DNA of 64,000 nt from Methanocellales archaeon (GTDB taxonomy: Archaea; Halobacteriota; UBA148; JAUWXC01). Every line of letters begins with the position of its first letter. The first letter of the stretch is position 1. Of the stretch, positions 9,767 through 19,138 are shown piece by piece. The stretch covers positions 124,246-188,245 of the forward strand of contig JAUWQV010000001.1 of assembly GCA_030610945.1 (NCBI GenBank), in the 5' to 3' direction. Under the pieces are notes generated by a model. It did no database searches, had not been told where the DNA came from, and was given only the letters and a program-made list of their open reading frames with translations. The position numbers were made by a program, and so were the translations under genes.

Positions 9767-10828
9767 ATGCCCATGTCCAGAACAGGCGTCGTATATCATG
9801 AAGACTACTTGAAGCACGAGACTGGAGAGCATCCAGAGCGGAAGGAGCGCCTGATTGCTACAATGGAGCTGCTCAAGGAAACGGGTGCGCTGACGAAACT
9901 AACGTGCATCGCTCCGAAAAAGGCAACTCCTGAGCAAATAGAGTATGTGCATGATGCCTCCTACGTAGAAGAGGTACGAATGCGCTGCCAGAGCGGCAGA
10001 GGGATGTTAGATTCTGATACTATATTATCCCAAGATTCTTATGAGGTTGCGCTTTTGGCAAGCGGAGGGGTTATTGGCGCTGTTGATGCTGTCATGAATG
10101 ACTTGAAAAGCGTCTTTGCGCTCATCCGCCCGCCAGGTCATCACGCGGAGGCTTCGCAGGGAATGGGGTTCTGCATATTCAATAACGTTGCGATAGCGGC
10201 GCGCCATGCCCAAAAACAACACAAACTGAAAAGAATTCTCATCGTGGACTGGGACGTGCATCACGGCAACGGCACGCAGCACATCTTTTATGACGATGCC
10301 TCAGTTCTGTATTTTTCCATTCATCAGAGTCCCCTCTATCCAGGAACTGGAAAGACGGATGAAATCGGCACTGGCGATGGAAAGGGTTTTACGGTAAATG
10401 TACCGCTACCGGGAGGGATAGGAGATGCGGGATACACATATGTTTTCAATGAAATTCTAATCCCAATCGCCCTCGAATTTCATCCTGAACTTATTCTAAT
10501 CTCAGCCGGGCAGGATGCACATTTCGCCGACCCCATAGGAGGGATGAACGTAACTGCAAAGGGATTCGGACATCTCGCCAGCATAGTCAAATCGATCGCG
10601 AACTCGACATGTGAAGGGAGAATAGTTGCAGCGCTGGAGGGAGGATACGACCTGACCGCGCTACCATATTCGGTTTTATCCATCCTCAACTCGTTTGGGG
10701 ATTTGGGCATGGACATAAAAGAGCCGATGACCGCGCCGCCCGCGCTGAAAGACGAAGTATCCAGCCAGGTCAGGGAAAAGGTAAAAGAAGTTAAGGAGGC
10801 GCAGAAGGAGTGTTGGGGTGTTTTGTGA
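9767..10828 (+). CDS. Histone deacetylase family protein (AcuC/HDAC class)
   Basis: RPPGHHA, DWDVHHGNGTQ and EGGY motifs. Start probably at MPMSRTGVVYHEDY (9767), because the track start overlaps the divergent gene. Confidence 0.85.
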   Translation: MPMSRTGVVYHEDYLKHETGEHPERKERLIATMELLKETGALTKLTCIAPKKATPEQIEYVHDASYVEEVRMRCQSGRGMLDSDTILSQDSYEVALLASGGVIGAVDAVMNDLKSVFALIRPPGHHAEASQGMGFCIFNNVAIAARHAQKQHKLKRILIVDWDVHHGNGTQHIFYDDASVLYFSIHQSPLYPGTGKTDEIGTGDGKGFTVNVPLPGGIGDAGYTYVFNEILIPIALEFHPELILISAGQDAHFADPIGGMNVTAKGFGHLASIVKSIANSTCEGRIVAALEGGYDLTALPYSVLSILNSFGDLGMDIKEPMTAPPALKDEVSSQVREKVKEVKEAQKECWGVL

Positions 10829-10834
10829 AGGCAA

Positions 10835-11251
10835 TTAAACCCCGCTCACCCTGTCAATACCCTTTATCCTGTCAAAATCTGGGTCAAAGCTCGCTATCTT
10901 CTTCACGTCATTTTCCAACATTATCGCTACATGCAAAGAGTCGGCTATTTTGAGATTTCTCTCGCGTTTTATGTCCAGGGCAGAGTAGAACGTCTTTACA
11001 GAAGGCGTCAGAAGCGAGATGTTGGGATGATGTGTTATGAAGTCCAGAGCCGATTTTGTTTTAGTATAAGGCATCTTTTCTTTCTCCAGTACCCACAGAA
11101 GTTCGTGAAGTGTGATGGGGGAGACAAAACCTTTGCCGTTTCCAGTAGCGACTTTCTGGAGCATTGCCTTTGCGTGATTAAAGTTCTCCTCTTTTTTAAG
11201 AAAAACGAGAAATACATTTGTATCTATGTATATATCTTGCATCACTCCCAC
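10835..11251 (-). CDS. vapC: PIN-domain toxin VapC
   Basis: IYIDTNVFL N-terminal acidic motif and C-terminal SFDPDFD. Overlaps the upstream AbrB-type gene by 10 nt. Confidence 0.8.
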   Translation of the reverse strand: MGVMQDIYIDTNVFLVFLKKEENFNHAKAMLQKVATGNGKGFVSPITLHELLWVLEKEKMPYTKTKSALDFITHHPNISLLTPSVKTFYSALDIKRERNLKIADSLHVAIMLENDVKKIASFDPDFDRIKGIDRVSGV

Positions 11252-11463
11252 AGCCTTTCTCTTGCTTCCTTAACGGCCTTCACGGGCTCCTTCACCTTTA
11301 TGGACCCGGCATATTTCTCGTAAAACTCCTCGAGTTTTTCAATCTGAATTTTGTCCTTTTGTGCTTCAAAGACGACGATATCGCCAGCTGATATCCCAAT
11401 TTTCTGCCTGATTTCCCTGGGGATGGTGACCTGATACTTCGTCGATACTTTTGACGATTGCAT
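11242..11463 (-). CDS. vapB: AbrB/SpoVT-family antitoxin VapB
   Basis: KVSTKYQVTIPREIRQKIGISAGD is a swapped-hairpin AbrB motif; 73 aa. Confidence 0.8.
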   Translation of the reverse strand: MQSSKVSTKYQVTIPREIRQKIGISAGDIVVFEAQKDKIQIEKLEEFYEKYAGSIKVKEPVKAVKEARERLWE

Positions 11464-11528
11464 TTCTTACACCCATTTTAAAATAGTATTACGTTTTTTA
11501 AATAGTTTACGGTCTGGAGGGTACTGGT

Positions 11529-12872
11529 CTATTTCCTAAAATACTTCTTCAGAAAAATTCTGAAGTCTTTATCGTCCGTCTTATCCATCCCGCTTATCTT
11601 GGCGATTTGCGCGCCCTTCAGCACCCTATAACCCCTTCCAATCGCCTCCGACACGTGCTTACCCAGCCCGCAGGTTTCCAGTTGGGATTTAAGCAAATCT
11701 TTTGCCTTGGTATGCGCCCTGGGAATCTCCACAACATACGTCCCATCTTCAATGTAAGGATGAAGGTTAGCGTGCTTCGTTTTAAATTTCTCGGCATGCG
11801 CCGCCGATCCAACAGGTGGACCAACATGCTTTTTGATGCTCGGTAGAGAAGCAACCTCCATCTCCAGCAGGATAATTGACTTTGCGCCAGACCAGACGCC
11901 GCTTCTGGACGCCCTGAAATCATTCCTATGAAGTAAGTCTTCTATGGACCTGGCTGCCTTGTACAATTGAGGATAGAGTATATCATCCACGACGTTCGGC
12001 GTATCAAACACGACAGCAAGCAACTCTGTTCCCCTGCGCTTCAACTCCTGGGCTAGCCCCTTATCGGTGAGCGGTTTTACCTGTGGAGGGAAAAAGAAAT
12101 GAATGCTGGGACTCTTTAGAAATTCCCTCGACGCGTCAACAAACGTGCAAAAGTTGTCCAGTGATACGGCCGCTGCAACGTTCCTAGATGGGTCAACGGG
12201 GTCAATGATGGCCAGCGGGGCATCATGCTCGAGAGTTCTGTGATTTTCTATATCAATGACGATGTCCCTGCGCCATTTACTCGCATTCTGCACCACGTCA
12301 AGGAAGGATTTGTATTTGATGATGAGAAGTTCGCAGAGGTAACCAGAGAACCCCATCGTCTTTAACTCTGAGCCGTAGACGCCTATGCCCTTCATGAATT
12401 GTTTGAGCAGGCGCGCCTCATCCTCCAACCCCTTGATTTTCTTCTTAACGTACTCATTATGAAACGGTGTCCGGTCCACAGCAGACCGGATAGCAGAGGC
12501 ATCCCGCACCTCAAAGCAGGGGACTATATCCACTTGGTATTCGCCAAAAAACGCCCGAATGTATGGATGTTCTGCATACCTCTCCTCGTATTTTGGTGCG
12601 ACCTTTTTGGCTATCTCAAGCCCCAGCGACTCGAGCGTTTCGTCTGTCGCAGATTCCGGGAACATGATAAATATATCAAGGTCCCTGTCGCCGGAAATCC
12701 ACGTGTTTCTCGCTGCCGAACCGACCAACAAGGCGTGCGCATCGATGCCGAGTTCTTTTGCGGTTGCGTTGACTTCGGCGATGATTTGATTGGTCAGTCT
12801 CTGCAATACTTCCTCTTCACTTTTACCAGGCGTGACCTTTCGCAGCACCTGAGAGCGCACCTTGTCAATCAC
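11529..12872 (-). CDS. cca: CCA-adding tRNA nucleotidyltransferase (archaeal class I)
   Basis: 447 aa. GSAARNTWISGDRDLDIF nucleotidyltransferase motif; archaeal CCA enzyme architecture. Confidence 0.9.
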   Translation of the reverse strand: MIDKVRSQVLRKVTPGKSEEEVLQRLTNQIIAEVNATAKELGIDAHALLVGSAARNTWISGDRDLDIFIMFPESATDETLESLGLEIAKKVAPKYEERYAEHPYIRAFFGEYQVDIVPCFEVRDASAIRSAVDRTPFHNEYVKKKIKGLEDEARLLKQFMKGIGVYGSELKTMGFSGYLCELLIIKYKSFLDVVQNASKWRRDIVIDIENHRTLEHDAPLAIIDPVDPSRNVAAAVSLDNFCTFVDASREFLKSPSIHFFFPPQVKPLTDKGLAQELKRRGTELLAVVFDTPNVVDDILYPQLYKAARSIEDLLHRNDFRASRSGVWSGAKSIILLEMEVASLPSIKKHVGPPVGSAAHAEKFKTKHANLHPYIEDGTYVVEIPRAHTKAKDLLKSQLETCGLGKHVSEAIGRGYRVLKGAQIAKISGMDKTDDKDFRIFLKKYFRK

Positions 12873-13408
12873 AATCTCACCTCGTGCAGGGCTTCGTAGA
12901 TTGGCCCTTTTGGCGTCAACGTGCTCTTTTTAAGTATGATGTGGTCGACTTTCATCGTCCCTACCTCGACATCAGATAAATCTTTAATAGTGCTAACCAA
13001 CTGCCCTTTCTGATCCATGGGAAGATGTTTAACCCTGGCTATGGTTGCGTGCGCCGCAAAGCGGTTATCTCTCTTAAATCCCAGCGGCTGGAGCACTTCT
13101 TCCACAGCAGTATGCAGGTGGTCAAAATCGCCCTCTGCACCAACCCAGATGACGTTTATGTGTCTTAAACTGGGAAAAACGCCAACACCCCTTACCTCGG
13201 CTTCAAAAGGAGATACATGCACATTCTGCAGCGCATCGCTTATCGGCTTGATTTGCGCCTCTTCTGTATCGCCCAGGAATTTTAGCGTGATGTGCACCTG
13301 TTCAGGCGTTACCACTTTCACACCGTAGTTTGAAAAGTGCTGCTGGAGGTCTGCCACCTTTTCCGTTAGAGCTGCTGGAAAATCCACTGCAATAAAAGTT
13401 CTGATCAT
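12869..13408 (-). CDS. thpR: RNA 2',3'-cyclic phosphodiesterase (2H family, ThpR/LigT)
   Basis: Two HxT/S motifs (HITLKFLG and HATIARV); 179 aa. 4-nt overlap with cca. Confidence 0.85.
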   Translation of the reverse strand: MIRTFIAVDFPAALTEKVADLQQHFSNYGVKVVTPEQVHITLKFLGDTEEAQIKPISDALQNVHVSPFEAEVRGVGVFPSLRHINVIWVGAEGDFDHLHTAVEEVLQPLGFKRDNRFAAHATIARVKHLPMDQKGQLVSTIKDLSDVEVGTMKVDHIILKKSTLTPKGPIYEALHEVRL

Positions 13409-13986
13409 TCTACTCCCAATCTCAGCTGCTGATACCGCGGGTATAGCCCGCTAAGGTCCACTACTTCCCTTATGACACCAGCAAGGATTTCTGCCCCGGT
13501 TTCTATGATGGGATTGTTCCCCTTGTTGACGAAATCATAGGCGGGGTCATCTAATGGGATGTTGATTTTCTTCACCATTGCCCTGTATTCCTTTAGATGC
13601 GGGTCTCTGGATTTTCTGGTCCATTCAGTAGCCATAGGCGATAGTCCGATCGATCGTAACTCCTGTTCAAAGCAGGGCCTTCTGAAGAGGGTGGATAGCA
13701 CATAAACTCCAACGGCAAAGCGCTCGTTTGGCTCTATATCTGGCAAGCGTTCGCCTACAAGGGCATATATGTCCTTGCCCTTGCCACCGACGTATGAATA
13801 TACCTTGGAGGGAGGGATATCCTCTTCTACTAGGTGCCCCAGATCTCTTAGGGCTCTCAAGTATCCTGTCAGGATTAACCTGTGCTGATCGTAACCTTGT
13901 TTCTTGATCTGACGGGTTATGCCACTAATCGAGAGCTTCTTTGCCCCCAGTATCTTGGCCAGAGTATCATAGAATTTCTGCTCCAT
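13405..13986 (-). CDS. Hypothetical protein with probable N-terminal winged-helix domain
   Basis: 193 aa. 4-nt overlap with thpR, so it is the first gene of the thpR-cca operon. No family recognised. Confidence 0.4.
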   Translation of the reverse strand: MEQKFYDTLAKILGAKKLSISGITRQIKKQGYDQHRLILTGYLRALRDLGHLVEEDIPPSKVYSYVGGKGKDIYALVGERLPDIEPNERFAVGVYVLSTLFRRPCFEQELRSIGLSPMATEWTRKSRDPHLKEYRAMVKKINIPLDDPAYDFVNKGNNPIIETGAEILAGVIREVVDLSGLYPRYQQLRLGVE

Positions 13987-14123
13987 ATTTCCACCAGAAC
14001 GTTAACTGATAACAGATGTAGTCAACTTGTTACCAGATTTGATAAAACTTTCTATTTTTTATTACCAAACCTGATGTTAAAAATCGTTTTAAACTGCCGC
14101 CAATATAACTCTGAAGGGACATT

Positions 14124-14390
14124 ATGCTTAACTCCACCATGCTCAAAACAATTAATAAGGATGATGAAGAGGTGGTAGTCTACACCACAGAAAGATGTCC
14201 GAGGTGCGAACAGTTAAAGCGTTCGTTAGAGTCGGATGAAGTGCCATATAAAGAAGTAGATATGTCCGCCCCTGCAGCACTCGCTGAACTGAGAGCAAAT
14301 GGTGTGTTCACCACATCTGCGCCAGTGCTGAAGGTTGGAGAGCGATTCTTTACATCCAAGGACTTATTTGAAGGAGAGGAGTCGGATTGA
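14124..14390 (+). CDS. Glutaredoxin-like protein (NrdH-like)
   Basis: CPRC redox motif in a thioredoxin-fold-sized 88-aa ORF. Overlaps the nrdD start. Confidence 0.7.
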   Translation: MLNSTMLKTINKDDEEVVVYTTERCPRCEQLKRSLESDEVPYKEVDMSAPAALAELRANGVFTTSAPVLKVGERFFTSKDLFEGEESD

Positions 14391-16657
14391 GCACAGATAT
14401 TAACGTAATCCAGAAAACACTTGAGGGTGCAGAAGCGCCCACAATGCCCAAGATTAGAACATCCGATGGACACATCTTGGATTGGGACAGAGAGGCTATC
14501 GTCAGACAGTTGCTGAAGGAAACAAAACTCAGCGAGGAGTTTTACGGCATCCCCTCTATCGATGAAGAGACAGCTAGAGAGGTGGCAAAGAAGGCGGAAA
14601 AGCGTATTAGGTCGATAGGAGTGAAATACCTCTCTGGGCCGCTGGTAAGAGAGATTGTAAATGTAATTCTATTGGAAGATTATCACCAGGAATGGCGGAA
14701 CATTTCCACAAGGGTTGGCACGCCAGTGTACGATGCCCATATGATAGACATAGGCAACGGCTTTGAGGCTAATGAGAACGCGAACCTGCAGGACAATGCT
14801 GAAACCTCGCACAAGAAGAAGGCAGATAAGATTTCAAAGGAGCAATATTTGTTATTGCTGCCTCCCCACCTATCCGATGCACACCTGAACGGGGACATTC
14901 ACATACATGACCTGGAATACCTTGGTACACGCGGTTTTTGCCAAGATTGGGACCTGCGGTACTTCTTATATTATGGATTGATGCCGGATGGCTCTGGTAC
15001 GAAGGCTAGCGTTGCGGGTCCGGCAAAGAGGGCGGAGGTTGCAATACTGCATGCTGTAAAGGCGTTAGGTAGCGCGCAGACGAATTTTGCGGGCGGACAG
15101 GGCTTCTACAATTTCCTGACGTTTCTCGCCCCCTATTTTGAGGGGTTTTCATATGATGAAATAGAGCAATTGATGCAGATGTTCGTCTACGAAATGACGC
15201 AGATGATGGTGGCCAGAGGGGGGCAAATCGTCTTCAGTTCGGTGCAGCTCACCCCAGGAGTTCCCAAAATATGGAAGGACAAGCCCGCGGTGTATAAGGG
15301 AAAAGTATGGAACGGCGAGCAGGCGCCGCTTAAAACGTATGGCGAGTTTGAGCGCGAAGTACGGCTGGCATTCAAAGCGCTGATGAACGTCATGCTGAAG
15401 GGCGATTACTGGGGCAAGCCGTTCAACTTCCCCAAACCCGAAATCTCCATCGAGCCCGATTTCATGACCGAGAATGAAGAGTTTAACAGAGCCCATCCAG
15501 AGTTGCCGACCTATGGTGAATTGTATGACCTTGCGTTTGAGCTGGCAGCGAAATATGGGTCGCCGTACTTTGACAATCAGCTGCCTGAGTACAGGGGTGC
15601 CGGAAAGGGCATTTCGTGCTATCAATGTTGCGCCTACCACTTTTCCTCTACGGCTGAAGATGATGACGAGTTTGAAGACAAACTGTATTTCAGGAATGGC
15701 AAACATTTCTCAATGGGCGCATGGCAGGTCGTCTCGGTCAACTGTCCCAGGGCGGCGTATAGGGCAGAATATGATGATGAGAGATTGTTCAGCGAGCTGA
15801 AGCGATTGATGGATGTCGCCATCGAATTGTTCAAGGTCAAGAAAAAGTGGATGGACATCGTAATCAAGAACAACAGGATGCCATTCGTCGTACAGCGCCC
15901 AAAGGATTCCCTCACAGGCAAGAAGGGGGATGTGGCAGTTTATACACAGGACCTCGTTTACACGATTGGCGTCGTCGGAATAAACGAGATGGTTCAACAT
16001 CACATAGGTGCACAGCTGCATGAATCCCAGGAAGCGTTCAAACTCGCGATAAGAGCGATGACCGAGATGGAGTTCTATACTAAAGAACTGAGTGAAAAAC
16101 ACAACATGACAATCGCGTTAGCCAGAACGCCGGCTGAAACGACGGCACAGCGATTTGCGGTATCAGACCTTTTACATAGCGATTTTGCAACCTTTGCCGA
16201 AAAAGTCATCAAAGGCGATGTAGAAAAGGCAAAATCCCTCACAAAAGAGACGAGAGATCTGCCAATCTATTACACCAATGGCACGCATACATTCCCAGGT
16301 GCAAACATATCGCTTATCGACAGGATCAACATCGAACACGCGTTCTTCCCCATCGTGGATGGAGGGGATATCCTGCATATATTCATGGGTGAGTCGACTC
16401 CGGATCCAAAAGGGCTGAAGGAGCTCGCCATGAACATCGCAAAGAACACGCAGGCTGGCTATTTTGCGTTTACAAGGGACATGACCCTCTGCATGGATGA
16501 TTTCCACGTCGAAGCCGGTTTACAGGAGACGTGCAGCAACTGCGGGTCGAGCAACGTTGAGCACCTATCACGTGTAACTGGCTATATCCAGGCGGTATCA
16601 GGATGGAACGCTGCCAAGAAGCAGGAGTTGAAGGATAGGGTGAAGTATGAGATTTGA
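14387..16657 (+). CDS. nrdD: Anaerobic ribonucleoside-triphosphate reductase
   Basis: 756 aa. N-terminal ATP-cone-like region, a C-terminal CxxC zinc site (CSNCGS) and the glycyl-radical motif RVTGY. Confidence 0.9.
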   Translation: MSTDINVIQKTLEGAEAPTMPKIRTSDGHILDWDREAIVRQLLKETKLSEEFYGIPSIDEETAREVAKKAEKRIRSIGVKYLSGPLVREIVNVILLEDYHQEWRNISTRVGTPVYDAHMIDIGNGFEANENANLQDNAETSHKKKADKISKEQYLLLLPPHLSDAHLNGDIHIHDLEYLGTRGFCQDWDLRYFLYYGLMPDGSGTKASVAGPAKRAEVAILHAVKALGSAQTNFAGGQGFYNFLTFLAPYFEGFSYDEIEQLMQMFVYEMTQMMVARGGQIVFSSVQLTPGVPKIWKDKPAVYKGKVWNGEQAPLKTYGEFEREVRLAFKALMNVMLKGDYWGKPFNFPKPEISIEPDFMTENEEFNRAHPELPTYGELYDLAFELAAKYGSPYFDNQLPEYRGAGKGISCYQCCAYHFSSTAEDDDEFEDKLYFRNGKHFSMGAWQVVSVNCPRAAYRAEYDDERLFSELKRLMDVAIELFKVKKKWMDIVIKNNRMPFVVQRPKDSLTGKKGDVAVYTQDLVYTIGVVGINEMVQHHIGAQLHESQEAFKLAIRAMTEMEFYTKELSEKHNMTIALARTPAETTAQRFAVSDLLHSDFATFAEKVIKGDVEKAKSLTKETRDLPIYYTNGTHTFPGANISLIDRINIEHAFFPIVDGGDILHIFMGESTPDPKGLKELAMNIAKNTQAGYFAFTRDMTLCMDDFHVEAGLQETCSNCGSSNVEHLSRVTGYIQAVSGWNAAKKQELKDRVKYEI

Positions 16658-16758
16658 GTTTCCCCAAACAAAACCATATTAGATAATTTTAAACCCTGTG
16701 GTGTTAACAACTCATAGCGCACAATGGCGCGATAAAAAGTCAAAATGAGCGTGATTTT

Positions 16759-17490
16759 ATGAAGGTGAACTTCGGCGGCATTGTTCACATATCAACCGTA
16801 GACTGGTACGGCAAGGTTGCCATGGTCATATTTTTCAGAGGCTGCCCATTTAGATGCCCTTACTGCCAGAACTATGCTCTCCTGAAGGAGGAGAACTTCG
16901 TTGATGCGGAGACGATTGAGGCAGAAATTAAAAAGGCGAAAAAATTCGTAAGTGCTGTCGTCTTCTCTGGCGGAGAGCCATTAGCGCAGCCTGAGCAAAT
17001 AAAGCGTCTGGCAGGGTTTGCGAAAAAACTGGGACTTCTCGTTGGCGTGGAAACCAACGGATACTATCCAGAGCAACTCAAGGAATTGATAGACGCAAGA
17101 CTGATCGACAGGGTCTTCCTAGATGTCAAGGCGCCGCTATCCCCGGAAAAATATGAGAGGGTAGCAGGCGTCAGCAATGGAAACGTCGTCGCCTTGGTGA
17201 AACGCTCTCTCGAAGTCAGCAAGAACTTTGACCTGGAAGTCAGGACGACGATTTTCAAGGGCCTCATCTTTAATGAAGAAGACATTAAAGCAATCGCAGA
17301 AGGGATATCGTCTTATGGGAATATCCCATACGTCCTCCAGCAGGGCAGACCTGAGCAGGGATGGAGCGAGGAATTGAAGCAGCATAATCCGCCAAGCAGA
17401 GAAGAGCTTTTGGCGTTAGGGAAGATTGCTAAACAATATCTTAAAAATGTGAAGGTCAGGACAAAAGAGTTTGGTGAGGAATCAGTTTGA
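16759..17490 (+). CDS. nrdG: Anaerobic RNR activating enzyme (radical SAM)
   Basis: CPFRCPYCQN is the CxxxCxxC radical-SAM cluster motif; GGEP SAM motif. Lies directly downstream of nrdD. Confidence 0.85.
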   Translation: MKVNFGGIVHISTVDWYGKVAMVIFFRGCPFRCPYCQNYALLKEENFVDAETIEAEIKKAKKFVSAVVFSGGEPLAQPEQIKRLAGFAKKLGLLVGVETNGYYPEQLKELIDARLIDRVFLDVKAPLSPEKYERVAGVSNGNVVALVKRSLEVSKNFDLEVRTTIFKGLIFNEEDIKAIAEGISSYGNIPYVLQQGRPEQGWSEELKQHNPPSREELLALGKIAKQYLKNVKVRTKEFGEESV

Positions 17491-18032
17491 AGGTTATCGG
17501 ATTTGTGGGCCTGCCAGCGTCGGGAAAGACAGAGGCAGCCAAGGTGGCACAGGAACTTGGCATCCCAATCATTAGGATGGGGGATGTCGTGCGCGAAGAG
17601 GTAAAAAGAAGAGGGCTGGACATCACCGAGGAGAACGTTGGAAAGGTGGCGAATGATATTAGGGCCAAAGAAGGCATGGGCGCGGTAGCTGTGCGCTGCA
17701 TTCCGCTTATCAAGGCAATGGATGAGGATATAGTCGTAGTCGATGGCTTGCGTGGAGGCGCAGAAGCAGAGGCATACAAGAAGGTATTTGACGCCCAATT
17801 TACGTTGATTGCGATACTTGCTTCCCGGAAAAACAGATTCGCGCGCGCACTTGCACGAAAAAGGAGCGATGATGTAGTTGACTGGGAAGGATTCAAACAG
17901 AAAGATGATAGGGAGTTGCACTGGGGGCTGAAAGAAGCCATAAGGATGGTAAATGTGTTGATAGACAATAACGGCACCCTGGAGGAGTTTAGAGAGAATG
18001 TCAGAGCAGCCCTGGAAGGGATTAAGAACTAA
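17487..18032 (+). CDS. UPF0200-type P-loop nucleotide kinase (dephospho-CoA kinase-like)
   Basis: Walker A motif GLPASGKT; 181 aa; adjacent UPF0201-like partner gene. Confidence 0.6.
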   Translation: MKVIGFVGLPASGKTEAAKVAQELGIPIIRMGDVVREEVKRRGLDITEENVGKVANDIRAKEGMGAVAVRCIPLIKAMDEDIVVVDGLRGGAEAEAYKKVFDAQFTLIAILASRKNRFARALARKRSDDVVDWEGFKQKDDRELHWGLKEAIRMVNVLIDNNGTLEEFRENVRAALEGIKN

Positions 18033-18393
18033 GGTCTGGGCACCCGTATATGCGACGGAGAGCGTGGAGAGTGTGGAAAAGGCAATCACAAATATTTTCC
18101 CGGATGCCCGGCTCAACTTTGAGGAGAATAAACTAATCGGAGATGCTTCCCTGGATAAATTACAGGAGTTGCTCAGGAAACAGAAGATACGCAACTCTGC
18201 CAGGACAGTGCTTCTCAACAGCAAAAGAGGGGATAAAATCGAGTTCGACCTCAACAAACAGGTTGCGTTTGTGGGCAAAGTGAATCTTGAAAAGGGTCCG
18301 CTGGGAAGCATTCATGTGAGCGTCGAAACTGATGACCCGGAGGAATTGATAGGGTGGCTTGCATCTTCAAGTGAGGTGAAACATGAGGATTAG
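17998..18393 (+). CDS. UPF0201-type putative RNA-binding protein
   Basis: About 130 aa. Conserved neighbour of UPF0200 kinases in archaea (from recollection). Start uncertain. Confidence 0.45.
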   Translation: MSEQPWKGLRTKVWAPVYATESVESVEKAITNIFPDARLNFEENKLIGDASLDKLQELLRKQKIRNSARTVLLNSKRGDKIEFDLNKQVAFVGKVNLEKGPLGSIHVSVETDDPEELIGWLASSSEVKHED

Positions 18394-19138
18394 TTTTTCA
18401 TCCCTGGCTACGACCAATAACCCGTTTGAGTGGGTGTATAAGTTAGAGGAGATGGGGTTTAGCGGCTGGGAAATTGTTGGTGAGGGCAGGCAGAAGCTCA
18501 CAGAGGAGATGGGCAAAAAAATCAAGGAAGTGCAGGAGGCTACAAATCTGGAATTCACGGTACACCTGCCTTTCTCTGACCTGAATCTCGCTAGTCTGAA
18601 TCAGGGGATATGGGATGAGACTATGAGGCAGATGAACGGCGCCATACGCTCGGTAGGAGATTTCACGGACCTGATGGTCGTGCATCCCGGGCACCTTTCG
18701 CCCTTGGGAGCGGAATTGCCTGACAAGGCGTGGAAGCAGAACATTGTCGGTATACAAAAACTATGCGACGTTGCGGAGGATTATAACGTCACAATATGCG
18801 TGGAGAACATGCCAGACATCGGATTTCTGTTCGGCAAGTTCCCAGAAGAGTTAGTAGGTATGGTAGAAAATGTGGGCAGGGAGAATGTTGGCATCGCCCT
18901 TGACATAGGGCATGCCAATCTTGTGGGCAAATTGGATGAGTTTTTAAATTTGAAGGCAAAACACGTCCACATACATGACAATCTTGGCAAGAGAGATGAC
19001 CATCTTCCGCTTGGGCGCGGCATGATAGATTGGAAGATGGTGATGAAAAAATTAAAAGACCACAAGGGCAGGTTTGTCATCGAGGCTAGAACCCTGGAGG
19101 AAGGAGAAGAAAGCCTGAAATACCTAAGACGGCTTTGA
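18383..19138 (+). CDS. Sugar phosphate isomerase/epimerase (xylose isomerase-like TIM barrel)
   Basis: The pattern VHLPF...VVHPG...CVEN...DIGHA...HIHDN fits AP endonuclease 2/xylose isomerase-like TIM barrels. Confidence 0.7.
   Translation: MRISFSSLATTNNPFEWVYKLEEMGFSGWEIVGEGRQKLTEEMGKKIKEVQEATNLEFTVHLPFSDLNLASLNQGIWDETMRQMNGAIRSVGDFTDLMVVHPGHLSPLGAELPDKAWKQNIVGIQKLCDVAEDYNVTICVENMPDIGFLFGKFPEELVGMVENVGRENVGIALDIGHANLVGKLDEFLNLKAKHVHIHDNLGKRDDHLPLGRGMIDWKMVMKKLKDHKGRFVIEARTLEEGEESLKYLRRL

Noticed and set aside
17313-18311. 332-aa ORF on the minus strand spanning three plus-strand genes
   Set aside because: It is entirely antisense to the nrdG 3' end, the UPF0200 kinase and the UPF0201 gene, all of which have clear family motifs. 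Its sequence is low-complexity (Ser/Leu/Pro/Cys-rich) and matches no domain pattern. It is a shadow ORF.
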